Assembly: GCA_963662465.1 (NCBI GenBank)
Contig: OY759599.1
Span: 6,912,001 to 6,976,000, forward strand
Length of the DNA stretch: 64,000 nucleotides
Source of the DNA: Desulfatiglandales bacterium
GTDB taxonomy: Bacteria > Desulfobacterota > DSM-4660 > Desulfatiglandales > Desulfatiglandaceae
Direction of reading: 5' to 3'
The position numbers and the translations under genes are program-made. Below, one piece after another: positions 19,721 through 28,602 of the stretch (position 1 is the stretch's first letter; every line of letters begins with the position of its first letter). A model generated the notes under the pieces. It was given only the letters and a program-made list of their open reading frames with translations. It did not search any database and was not told the origin of the DNA.

Positions 19721-20425
19721 GTGAGTGGCGCTGCTGATCGGGAAGACGCAAATTTTAAGGCATTAATGTCTCTTCCGGAAAGAAGGTCCCTGGGGCAGTC
19801 TGTCTATGCAAAACTCAAAAAGGCCATTGTCAAGGGAACCCTTGCCCCTGAAAGCCGCGTGGTGGAGACACGCTTTGCCGATGCTTTAGGTATCAGCCGG
19901 ACCCCTGTTCGAGAAGCCATGCATAAACTGGAGCGGGAAGGGTTGCTCCGGCAGGATCCGAAGGGCGGGTTTTACGTCGTCGGCCTGACCCGGGCGGATA
20001 TCGAGGAAGCCTTCGGCATTCGAAGCGTACTGGAAAGCTACGCGGCCCGATTGGCCACTATCCGTCATCGGGAAGGAGAACTCCTGCCCCTGGAGGCAAA
20101 GCTGGCGGAGTATCAGGCGTGCCTGGACCGGGGTGACATGGGCGAACTTCCGCGCATCAATACCGAGTTCCACGATCTTCTCTATGGTCTCGGTCGAAGC
20201 CCGAAACTGGTCAAGATGATCAATGATATCCGGGTCCAGATTTTCCGTTTCAGGCAGGTCATTTTGAAAATTGAAGAGATGGCCCGGGCTAGTAATGATG
20301 ATCACCGGTTGATGATGGATGCTATTTACGCCAGGGAGGCGGATCGGGTGGAGAGGCTGGTAAGGGAACACATCCTGCGGGGACAGGATATTGTTCTGCG
20401 GGAATTCGATATGGAACAGCTGTAA
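19721..20425 (+). CDS. GntR-family (FCD) transcriptional regulator; start uncertain
   Basis: LGISRTPVREA HTH, NTEFH and DDHRL..A FCD motifs. Confidence 0.9.
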   Translation: MSGAADREDANFKALMSLPERRSLGQSVYAKLKKAIVKGTLAPESRVVETRFADALGISRTPVREAMHKLEREGLLRQDPKGGFYVVGLTRADIEEAFGIRSVLESYAARLATIRHREGELLPLEAKLAEYQACLDRGDMGELPRINTEFHDLLYGLGRSPKLVKMINDIRVQIFRFRQVILKIEEMARASNDDHRLMMDAIYAREADRVERLVREHILRGQDIVLREFDMEQL

Positions 20426-20452
20426 AAAAGTCATTTAAGGAGTGTAAGCGCT

Positions 20453-20851
20453 ATGGGAGAAAGAAAAATACGGGTGCTGCTGGCGAAACCGGGTCTGGAC
20501 GGCCACGACCGGGGGGCCAAGGTTGTGGCCCTTGCTATGAAGGAAGCCGGCATGGAGGTCATCTATACGGGGCTGCACCAGACCGTACAGAGCATCGTGA
20601 ACCAGGCTCTGCAGGAAGATGTGGATGTGATCGGACTTTCCATTATGTCGGGCGCCCACATTCCCATTTGCACCAAATTGATGGGGCTGGCCAAGGCACA
20701 GGGCATTGACGACAAGCTGGTGGTGGTGGGTGGCGTAATTCCCAACAGAGATATTTCGGTATTGAAGGAGATTGGTATTGACGGCGTATTTCCCGGGGGA
20801 GCGCTTTTTGAAGAAATCGTTTCATTCATCGGCCAAAACGCCCACAATTAA
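20453..20851 (+). CDS. Acyl-CoA mutase cobalamin-binding small subunit
   Basis: KPGLDGHDRG (DxHxxG), GLSIMSGAH and VVGG motifs. Confidence 0.93.
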   Translation: MGERKIRVLLAKPGLDGHDRGAKVVALAMKEAGMEVIYTGLHQTVQSIVNQALQEDVDVIGLSIMSGAHIPICTKLMGLAKAQGIDDKLVVVGGVIPNRDISVLKEIGIDGVFPGGALFEEIVSFIGQNAHN

Positions 20852-20881
20852 AACAGCCGGCGGGAAAGGAAGGGGTTAACA

Positions 20882-22510
20882 ATGGGAGTAGCAACCTATA
20901 CGAGAGACGAAAAAGACGCCATCAAAAAGGTCGTTTTACAGTCAGGCATTGAGGTCAAGCCCGTCTATACGCCCGAAGATCTTGAAAGGGTTGGGTTTAA
21001 TTACGAAACGGATCTGGGAAATACCGGCGAGTTTCCCTTTACCCGGAGCATCCATCCTGAAGGCTATCGGAGCCGGAATTGGACGACCCGGCAATACACG
21101 GGTTTCGGCACCCCCGAGGAGACCAATGAACGCTTCAAGTTGATGATTGCCCACGGACAGACCGGACTGAACGTTGCTTTTGACCTTCCCACCCAGATGG
21201 GGTACGATTCCGACAATGAGATGGCGGAAGGGGAGGTGGGCCGGGTGGGGATGGCCATCGATTCCCTGCGGGATTTTGAGATTGCGTTCAAGGATATCAA
21301 GCTCGATCGCATCGGCAGCGGGTTGACTATTAATGCTGTGGCATCCATCATGCTGGCCATGTATCAGGCCGTGGCTGAGAAATTCGGATACAAAAAAACA
21401 GAGATTTCCGCAACGCCCCAGAACGATATTTTAAAGGAGATCGTGGGTCGCGGGGCGTGGATTTATCCTGTGGAACCGGGGGTTCGGCTTATCGGGGATA
21501 CCATCGAATACGCCATGAAGGAGCTTCCCCGATGCAATCCCGTTTCCGTCTGCGGTTACCACATCCGGGAATCGGGCTGTACGCCGGTCCAGGAGATTTC
21601 ATATGCCTTCATGATCGCCTTTGCCTACATCGACAATGTGATTGCCCGGGGGTACAAGGCGGAAGATTTTGTGGCGAGATTTTCCTTTAACCTGAATATC
21701 TACGGGAACTTGTGGGAGACCGTGGCCAAGTTCAGGGCCGCCAGAAAATTATGGGCTAAATTGCTGCGGGAAAAGTACGATGTGCAGAATAAAAAGGCAC
21801 TTTTCCTGAGGGGAATTTTCGGCGGCGGCGGCTCCGGCATGACCAAACAGCAACCTGAAAACAATATCATGCGCGGCGCTTATTATGCCCTTGCCGCAGC
21901 CCTTTCAGGGGCACAGACAACAGCCCTCTGCTCTTTTGACGAAGCCTATACGATTCCCACGGAGCGGGCGGCTCTGCTGAGTTTGAGAACCTTTCAGATT
22001 CTGATGGATGAGATCGGGTTGCGGGATACGGTGGATCCCCTGGCCGGCAGCTATTTCATGGAAACCCTCACCAAGGAGATGGAAGCCAAAATCCTTGAGG
22101 AAATGGCAAAAGTGGAAAAAGTGGGCGGCATGGTGGAAGCGGTTTCCAGCGGGTACGTGCAGAGCGAAGTGGCACGCCAGGCCTATGAATATGAAAAGAA
22201 ATTGCAGCACGGCGACATCACCAAGGTGGGGGTCAACAAGTACACCGAAGGCGTCGATATGGAAGTGGAACTCCATGAATATAATGATGAATGGGCCCAG
22301 TTGCAGATCAAGAGGCTTAAAGATTTGAAAAGAGAACGGGATGGCGGCGCTGTCAGGAGTTCTTTGAAGGCACTTGAAAAAGCGGCTCGGGAGAAGAAAA
22401 ATGTGATGCCTTATCTGGTGGAGTGTTGTAAAAAATACGCTACTGTAGGCGAGATGGCGGATACGTTCAGGGATGTGTTTGGCGAATATGTGGAACCGAA
22501 TATTTTTTAG
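20882..22510 (+). CDS. Acyl-CoA mutase large subunit (methylmalonyl-CoA mutase family, divergent active site)
   Basis: WTTRQYTGFG, AFDLPTQMGYDSD, QNDILKE, GYHIRE and DPLAGSY motifs. Confidence 0.92.
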   Translation: MGVATYTRDEKDAIKKVVLQSGIEVKPVYTPEDLERVGFNYETDLGNTGEFPFTRSIHPEGYRSRNWTTRQYTGFGTPEETNERFKLMIAHGQTGLNVAFDLPTQMGYDSDNEMAEGEVGRVGMAIDSLRDFEIAFKDIKLDRIGSGLTINAVASIMLAMYQAVAEKFGYKKTEISATPQNDILKEIVGRGAWIYPVEPGVRLIGDTIEYAMKELPRCNPVSVCGYHIRESGCTPVQEISYAFMIAFAYIDNVIARGYKAEDFVARFSFNLNIYGNLWETVAKFRAARKLWAKLLREKYDVQNKKALFLRGIFGGGGSGMTKQQPENNIMRGAYYALAAALSGAQTTALCSFDEAYTIPTERAALLSLRTFQILMDEIGLRDTVDPLAGSYFMETLTKEMEAKILEEMAKVEKVGGMVEAVSSGYVQSEVARQAYEYEKKLQHGDITKVGVNKYTEGVDMEVELHEYNDEWAQLQIKRLKDLKRERDGGAVRSSLKALEKAAREKKNVMPYLVECCKKYATVGEMADTFRDVFGEYVEPNIF

Positions 22511-22549
22511 TAGGGGCGCCCGGTTTAAAAAAGGGTCTTTCGCCCCTAC
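22510..22549. repeat. GTAG-type REP palindrome
   Basis: GTAGGGGCG-N22-CGCCCCTAC. Confidence 0.75.
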
Positions 22550-22637
22550 AGTTTGACGGGAAAGGAGGTGAAACCATCAGATCTACTGCGTACGCTGCTT
22601 CATCGCTATGAAACCATCATTAGAGGAGGTCTGAATC

Positions 22638-23663
22638 ATGAAACGAAGAATTGGATTTGTATTGGCCGGAATCTTTTTAGCCGCAACGTTGACCATTTCG
22701 TGGGCGCCCACCCAAGTCCGGGCGGAACCCATCAAACTGACCTACGCCAACTTCCCCCCCGCGCCCACGTTTCCCTGCGTACAGATGGAACGGTGGAAAA
22801 AAGAAGTGGAAAAACGGACCGATGGAAAGGTCGTCGTTCAGACTTTCCCCGGTGGAACGCTCCTGAAAGCCAAAGCCATGATAGATGGTGTTATTTCAGG
22901 GGTTGCGGATATTGGTTGTCTGTGCATGGCCTATCAGCCGGGTCGTTTCAGTATTACCAATGCCACGGCGCTCCCCTTGGGCCTGCCCAACTCGGAAGTG
23001 GCCAGTCTGACCCTGTGGGACCTTTATAAGAAATACCAACCCAAAGGGTTTGCCAAGGTGAAAGTGCTGACCATGTTTACCACTGCGCCCTCCAACATCA
23101 TGAGTAAAATCCCCATCAAAGATCTTGAAGAACTGAAAGGTGTGCCGCTCCGTGCTTCCGGCGGCGCCGCCCAGATTCTTAAGGCCTGGGGCGCCACCCG
23201 CGTGGGAATGCCCATGCCGGAAACGCCCGAAGCTTTGCAGAAAGGCGTGGTTAAGGGCCTGTTTTCTTCCCTGGAAGTCATGAAGGATTTCAAATTCGCT
23301 GAACTGTGTAAATATGTGACCATGACCCAGACGCCCGTGTATCCCTTTGCCGTGGTGATGAATATGGACAAATGGAATGCATTGCCCAAGGATGTGCAGA
23401 AAATTTTTGATGAATTGGGTCCAGAGCAGTCCAAATGGACCGGCGTCTACATGGATAATCATGTGAAAGACGCCATGGACTGGTCGGTTAAAACCCAGGG
23501 CGTCACGGTGTATGACCTGTCGGGTGGGCAGAAAGCCAAATGGGACGCCCTCCTCGAACCCATTACCGCCAAGTGGATCAAGGACAATGCCGCCAAGGGG
23601 CTCCCGGCCCAGGCCATTGTGGATGACATTCGATCCATTGCTAAGAAATACGAAGGAAAATAG
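22638..23663 (+). CDS. dctP: TRAP transporter substrate-binding protein DctP
   Basis: Signal peptide; VEKRTDGKV..FPGGTL, EALQKGVV and MNMDKWNALP motifs. Confidence 0.9.
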   Translation: MKRRIGFVLAGIFLAATLTISWAPTQVRAEPIKLTYANFPPAPTFPCVQMERWKKEVEKRTDGKVVVQTFPGGTLLKAKAMIDGVISGVADIGCLCMAYQPGRFSITNATALPLGLPNSEVASLTLWDLYKKYQPKGFAKVKVLTMFTTAPSNIMSKIPIKDLEELKGVPLRASGGAAQILKAWGATRVGMPMPETPEALQKGVVKGLFSSLEVMKDFKFAELCKYVTMTQTPVYPFAVVMNMDKWNALPKDVQKIFDELGPEQSKWTGVYMDNHVKDAMDWSVKTQGVTVYDLSGGQKAKWDALLEPITAKWIKDNAAKGLPAQAIVDDIRSIAKKYEGK

Positions 23664-23668
23664 GACTA

Positions 23669-23695
23669 TAGGGGCGATTCATGAATCGCCCCTAC
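23669..23695. repeat. GTAG-type REP palindrome
   Basis: TAGGGGCGATTCATGAATCGCCCCTA is a perfect palindrome. Confidence 0.8.
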
Positions 23696-23706
23696 TGAAG
23701 GCATCC

Positions 23707-23904
23707 ATGAAAATAACCTATGACACTGAGGTTGATGTTTTGCGCATCTTTTTCAGCAATGCCGCGATTGAGGAAAGCGATGAAGAGAGGCCCGGCATTA
23801 TCCTTGATTTCGACAAGAGCGGAAATATGGTGGGAATGGAAATACTCGACGCATCCAAGCGGATGGAAAATCCGAGGGCCGTGGAGTATGCAGTTGCTGG
23901 ATGA
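23707..23904 (+). CDS. DUF2283 family small protein (orphan antitoxin-like)
   Basis: MKITYDTEVDVLRI..GIILDFDKSGNMVGMEILDASK. Confidence 0.8.
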   Translation: MKITYDTEVDVLRIFFSNAAIEESDEERPGIILDFDKSGNMVGMEILDASKRMENPRAVEYAVAG

Positions 23905-23916
23905 TGTCCATTCTAG

Positions 23917-23943
23917 GTAGGGGCGAATAGTGGTTCGCCCTAC
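23917..23943. repeat. GTAG-type REP palindrome
   Basis: GTAGGGGCGAA-TAGTGG-TTCGCCCTAC. Confidence 0.75.
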
Positions 23944-23955
23944 GGAGAAATCGGT

Positions 23956-24447
23956 ATGTTGATTTTGGATCGGATCAGTCATTACCTAAATCTGGTTCTT
24001 ATGGGGATTGCCGGATTGTTTCTGGTGGCCATGATTGCTTTGACCTGTGCAAATGTTTTTTTGCGCCTCGTATGGATTCCCATCAGTGGGACTTTTGAAT
24101 TGATGGGGTATTTCGGTGCGGTGATTACCGCATTTGCCATGGGTTATACCCAAATTAGAAAGGGTTACATCTCCGTGGACATTGTGGTGTTGGGGTTTTC
24201 CAAAAGGACTCAGAATGTTTTAAACGCCATTAACGCCATCATCTGTTCCGGATTTTTTGTACTGGCCACCTGGCAAATTGCCAAATATGCAGGCAATTTG
24301 CGGGAAATGGAAGAAGTTACGGAAACGTTGCAGATCATCTATTATCCCTTTGCTTACGCGGTGGCCTTCGGGTGCGGCGCATTGGCGCTGGTGTTTTTCA
24401 TCGAATTTCTCAAGATCCTGGCCGCAAAAAAGGAGGAGGACTTATGA
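23956..24447 (+). CDS. dctQ: TRAP small permease DctQ
   Basis: Four TM segments, GYISVD motif, operon position. Confidence 0.88.
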   Translation: MLILDRISHYLNLVLMGIAGLFLVAMIALTCANVFLRLVWIPISGTFELMGYFGAVITAFAMGYTQIRKGYISVDIVVLGFSKRTQNVLNAINAIICSGFFVLATWQIAKYAGNLREMEEVTETLQIIYYPFAYAVAFGCGALALVFFIEFLKILAAKKEEDL

Positions 24448-25748
24448 GTCCCACAATGATTGGGATTGTCGGTATTCTCATCCTCATTGCCGTTCTGTTT
24501 TTTCTGGGGATACCCGTGGGTTTTGCCATGGCCATTGTGGGTTTTGCGGGTTTCTGGTATGTGGTATCCTTCAACGCCGCCATCAATATGGTGGGGGCCG
24601 ACATCTGGAGTACTTTCTCCAAGTACGGTCTGACGGTGATCCCGCTATTCATTTTTCTGGGATACCTGGCCTTTAACTGCGGTATTGCCGAACGGTTATA
24701 CAATGCCGCCTACAAGTGGGTGGGACACTGGCGGGGAGGGTTGGCCATCGCCACCATCGGGGCGGACGAACTGTTTGCGGCCATCTGCGGTTCCAATACG
24801 GCCACGGCCGCCACCATGGGCACGGTGGCGCTGCCACAGATGCAGAAATTCAAGTATGATCCCCGGTTGAGTACGGGGACCGTCATCACCGGCGGAACCC
24901 TGGGCACCATTATGCCGCCCAGCGTGGTACTCATTGTCATCGGTCTTCAGACGGAACAATCCATTATCAGATTGTTCCTGGCGGGTATTCTGCCCGCCAT
25001 ATTGCTGGGGATACTCTTTATCCTCACCATTTTTGTTCTTTGTCGCATCAACCCGGAATTCGGTCCCGCGGGACCCAAGACAAGCTTCAAGGAAAAATGC
25101 ATTTCCCTTCTGGGGGTAATTGAGGCGGTCATTATTTTTACGCTCGTTATCGGCGGTCTCTATGCCGGTCTGTTTACGCCCACGGAAGCCGGCGCCGTGG
25201 GTGTATTCTTCACCCTGGTGGTGACCCTCGCCACCGGCCGGCTCACCTGGAAGGGGTTTGTCAGCTCCATCACCGATTCACTGAAGATTTCGAGCATGGT
25301 TTTTTTTCTGGTAACCGGCGCTATTATTTTCGGTCGCTTTCTGGCCGTCACCCGGCTCCCCTTTGCCATTGCGGAGTTTGCCTCCGGCCTGCCGGTGTCG
25401 CCCTATGTGATCCTCACGTTTATTCTGCTGATCTATCTGGTTGGTGGCTGTTTTGTGGATTCTCTGGGGTTTCTGGTTTTGACCATTCCTATTTTCTTCC
25501 CCCTGGGGATGGCACTCGGTTTTGATCCCATCTGGTATTCCATCATCCTCACCATGGTGACCACCATGGGGGCTATTACGCCGCCGGTAGGCGTGAACAT
25601 CTATGTGGTCAAGGCCCTGGCCCCCGACATTGAACTCGGCACCATGTTTAAAAGCGTCAGCTTTTTCCTGATTGCCTGTGTTGTATGTATTATCCTTTTG
25701 ATCATTTTTCCGCAGATCGTTCTTTTTGTGCCGGGAATGGCCCAGTAA
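24444..25748 (+). CDS. dctM: TRAP large permease DctM
   Basis: IPLFI, AICGS, GGTLGTIMPPS, FTPTEAG and ITPPVG motifs; GGAGG RBS before ATG 24444. Confidence 0.92.
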   Translation: MSPTMIGIVGILILIAVLFFLGIPVGFAMAIVGFAGFWYVVSFNAAINMVGADIWSTFSKYGLTVIPLFIFLGYLAFNCGIAERLYNAAYKWVGHWRGGLAIATIGADELFAAICGSNTATAATMGTVALPQMQKFKYDPRLSTGTVITGGTLGTIMPPSVVLIVIGLQTEQSIIRLFLAGILPAILLGILFILTIFVLCRINPEFGPAGPKTSFKEKCISLLGVIEAVIIFTLVIGGLYAGLFTPTEAGAVGVFFTLVVTLATGRLTWKGFVSSITDSLKISSMVFFLVTGAIIFGRFLAVTRLPFAIAEFASGLPVSPYVILTFILLIYLVGGCFVDSLGFLVLTIPIFFPLGMALGFDPIWYSIILTMVTTMGAITPPVGVNIYVVKALAPDIELGTMFKSVSFFLIACVVCIILLIIFPQIVLFVPGMAQ

Positions 25749-25782
25749 GTTTAACTGTCTAACCTAATTTATCGAGGTAAGG

Positions 25783-27078
25783 TTGAAAATGACACAAACA
25801 TTCATGCCCAACATCAAGACGGCAGAAGAACTGCGTGCTCACCAGTTGAAGGGGCTCCAATGGACCGTCAATCACGCGTATGAAGGCTCTTCCGTATATA
25901 GGGCTCGACTGGATGAAGCGGGAATTCATCCCCGCGACATTCGTTCCCTGGAAGACCTCAGTCGTCTCCCCTTTACCATGGCCAACGATTTAAAGGAAGG
26001 CTATCCCTTTCCGTTGCTCTCCGTTCCGTTTGATAAGGTTGTGCGGATGCATGCTTCTTCGGGCACGACCGGGAAACGAAAAGTTCTCTGCTACACCCAA
26101 AAAGATATTGACGACTGGACCCACTTTTTTGCCCGGTGTTATGAAATGGCAGGGCTTACCCGGGAAGACCGGGTTCAGATTGCCGTGGGATACGGCATAT
26201 GGACGGCAGGAATCAGTTTTCAACTGGGGTGTGAAGCCTTTGGGGCCATGGCCATTCCCGTGGGACCCGGAAATCTGGACATGCAGTGTCAGTTTCTGGT
26301 GGACTTTCAAACCACCGTCATGTGCTGTACGGCGTCAATGGGATTGTTGATGGCTGAAGAGATCAATCGAAGGGGGCTGCAAGATCAAATTAATCTGAAA
26401 AAGATGATTTTCGGTTCGGAACGGGCCAGTGATGCCATGCGAGACCGAATTCGAACGCTGTTGGGTGTGGAACATATGTTCGATATCCCCGGCATGACGG
26501 AACTCTATGGACCGGGAACCGGTCTGGACTGTTCTTACCATACGGGGATCCATTATTGGGCGGATTACTATATTCTGGAGATCCTGAATCCTGATACCCT
26601 GGAACCGGCGCCCGAGGGGGAGATCGGCGAAATGGTGGTGACGACTCTCAGCAAGGAAGCCGTGCCGCTCATCCGTTACCGTACCCGGGATCTCACCCGG
26701 ATGATTCCGGGGCACTGTCCCTGCGGATCCATCCTGCCCCGGCATGACCGGTTGCTGGGACGTTCCGACGACATGATTATCTTTCGGGCCGTGAATATTT
26801 ATCCCGGCCAGGTAGACCATGTCTTATCGGGCATGAAAGGACTTGGCAGTGAATACCAGCTCATCGTCGACCGAAAGGAAGACGGTCGGGACTATATGCT
26901 CATCAAGGTTGAGGCCGCCCAGGGCATCGATGAAAATCAGTCCCTCGAACTCGAAAAACAGATTTCCCGGGAAATTAAAAAACAGATCATGGTGAGCGCC
27001 CAGGTGGAGATGGTGGCTTACGGTGTACTGCCGAGATCGGAAAGAAAAAGTAAGCGGGTGTTTGATAATCGGGAGTAG
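25783..27078 (+). CDS. Phenylacetate-CoA ligase family arylacetate-CoA ligase (IaaB-like candidate)
   Basis: HASSGTTGK, GMTELYGPG, RYRTRD, GRSDDM and KSKRVFD motifs. Confidence 0.9.
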   Translation: MKMTQTFMPNIKTAEELRAHQLKGLQWTVNHAYEGSSVYRARLDEAGIHPRDIRSLEDLSRLPFTMANDLKEGYPFPLLSVPFDKVVRMHASSGTTGKRKVLCYTQKDIDDWTHFFARCYEMAGLTREDRVQIAVGYGIWTAGISFQLGCEAFGAMAIPVGPGNLDMQCQFLVDFQTTVMCCTASMGLLMAEEINRRGLQDQINLKKMIFGSERASDAMRDRIRTLLGVEHMFDIPGMTELYGPGTGLDCSYHTGIHYWADYYILEILNPDTLEPAPEGEIGEMVVTTLSKEAVPLIRYRTRDLTRMIPGHCPCGSILPRHDRLLGRSDDMIIFRAVNIYPGQVDHVLSGMKGLGSEYQLIVDRKEDGRDYMLIKVEAAQGIDENQSLELEKQISREIKKQIMVSAQVEMVAYGVLPRSERKSKRVFDNRE

Positions 27079-27083
27079 TTTTT

Positions 27084-27147
27084 TAAGTGAAAAGTGAAGA
27101 GTTAAGAGTTAAGAGTGACCCGTGACGAGTACGCCACTTTTCACTAG
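27084..27147. repeat. Heptameric tandem repeat (xxAGT(G/T)A) with a short inverted arm
   Basis: TAAGTGA AAAGTGA AGAGTTA AGAGTTA AGAGTGA CCCGTGA .. CCACTTT TCACTAG. Confidence 0.75.
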
Positions 27148-27166
27148 AAGGAACTGGAGGAAATGG

Positions 27167-28591
27167 ATGAAGCGTTTTGCATATTACCAACCTCTGAGCC
27201 TTGATGAGGCTTTCGGGTTGATGGAAAAATACGAAGGCCGGGCACGATATGTGGCGGGCGGCACTGATGCCATGATACGGATCAAACAAGAGGTCTGGCA
27301 GCCGGAGGCCCTGATTTCACTCCGGTGGATCGAAGAATTAAGGGGCATCAGAAAAACCGGCACTTCCCTGATGTTGGGCAGCATGACCCTCTGGCGGGAT
27401 ATTGAAACCGATCCACTGGTTCTGGAATTCTGCCCTGCTCTGGCCGAAGCCGCATCCCAGGTCGCTAATCCTCAGATTCGCAACGTGGCCACCGTGGGCG
27501 GAAACCTGTGCAACGCCGCTCCATCGGCCGATGGGGCGCCGCCATTGATGGTGATGGAGGCGGTGTTGACCATTGCGGGTCCCCATGGTGAAAGGGAAGT
27601 TCCCATATCGGAATTTTTCCAGGGGCCGGGTCGCCACGGCATGAGACCGGAGGAAGTCCTGACATCCATTGCTGTTCCCAGGATACCGGAGAATGCAGGC
27701 GCTGTTTTTTTTAAAACCGGTCGGGTGACGCAGGACATTGCCGTTGCCAATGTGGCGGTATGTTTGGAGATGCAGGGTGGGGTCTGCGGAAAATGCCGCG
27801 TTTCAGCCGGGGCGGTGGGGCCTGTCCCCTTGAGACTTCAAGGTGTGGAAGCCTTTGTGGAAGGAAAAGAGATTACCCCAGATCTGCTTCGGGCGGTTCA
27901 GGAAAAAGCCGCCGCCGAAGTGACCCCCATCACCGATGTGCGATCCACTGAAATCTATCGCAGGACCGTCACCGGCGTGATGGTGAAACGGGCCATGGAA
28001 CAGGCCCTCCGGAACTCGCAGCTGAAATCGCGGGAATCGGGTGACGTGCTTCAAAAGGATGACACTACCTTCTCGGCGACCGTGAAACCTACGGTGGGAT
28101 CTTATGATTCTCCCCTTCGAAAACAGGTTTGCTTTAACCTGAACGGGCAGGCGGTGGAGGCGGAAGTCGCATCCCATAAGATGCTTTCAAATGTCTTGAG
28201 AGAGACCTTTGAATTCACGGGGGTCAAGGAAGGGTGTGGCCAGGGGGAATGCGGCGCCTGCACGGTTCTGGTGGATGGACAGAGCGTTAATTCGTGCCTT
28301 TTCCCCGCATTTGAGGTGGATGGAAAAACCGTGATCACCATTGAGGGCCTGGTGGGTGAAGGCAATCGCTTAGACCCTATTCAGACTGCGTTTGTTGAAA
28401 ACGGCGGTATTCAGTGCGGTTTTTGCACCCCCGGTATGATCATGAGCGCCAAGGCCATGCTGAACCGGAATCCCAATCCAACGGAAGAAGAGATTCGACG
28501 GGGGATTTCCGGAAATCTCTGCCGTTGCACCGGGTATGTGCAGATTGTTGAATCCATCAAACAGGCGGCACTGAAAGAGAAAAGAGGGTGA
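27167..28591 (+). CDS. Xanthine dehydrogenase family FAD-binding subunit fused to 2x[2Fe-2S] subunit
   Basis: [22 protein letters not shown]; then [20 protein letters not shown] and NLCRCTGY. Confidence 0.9.
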   Translation: MKRFAYYQPLSLDEAFGLMEKYEGRARYVAGGTDAMIRIKQEVWQPEALISLRWIEELRGIRKTGTSLMLGSMTLWRDIETDPLVLEFCPALAEAASQVANPQIRNVATVGGNLCNAAPSADGAPPLMVMEAVLTIAGPHGEREVPISEFFQGPGRHGMRPEEVLTSIAVPRIPENAGAVFFKTGRVTQDIAVANVAVCLEMQGGVCGKCRVSAGAVGPVPLRLQGVEAFVEGKEITPDLLRAVQEKAAAEVTPITDVRSTEIYRRTVTGVMVKRAMEQALRNSQLKSRESGDVLQKDDTTFSATVKPTVGSYDSPLRKQVCFNLNGQAVEAEVASHKMLSNVLRETFEFTGVKEGCGQGECGACTVLVDGQSVNSCLFPAFEVDGKTVITIEGLVGEGNRLDPIQTAFVENGGIQCGFCTPGMIMSAKAMLNRNPNPTEEEIRRGISGNLCRCTGYVQIVESIKQAALKEKRG

Positions 28592-28602
28592 GAGGTAAAA
28601 AC

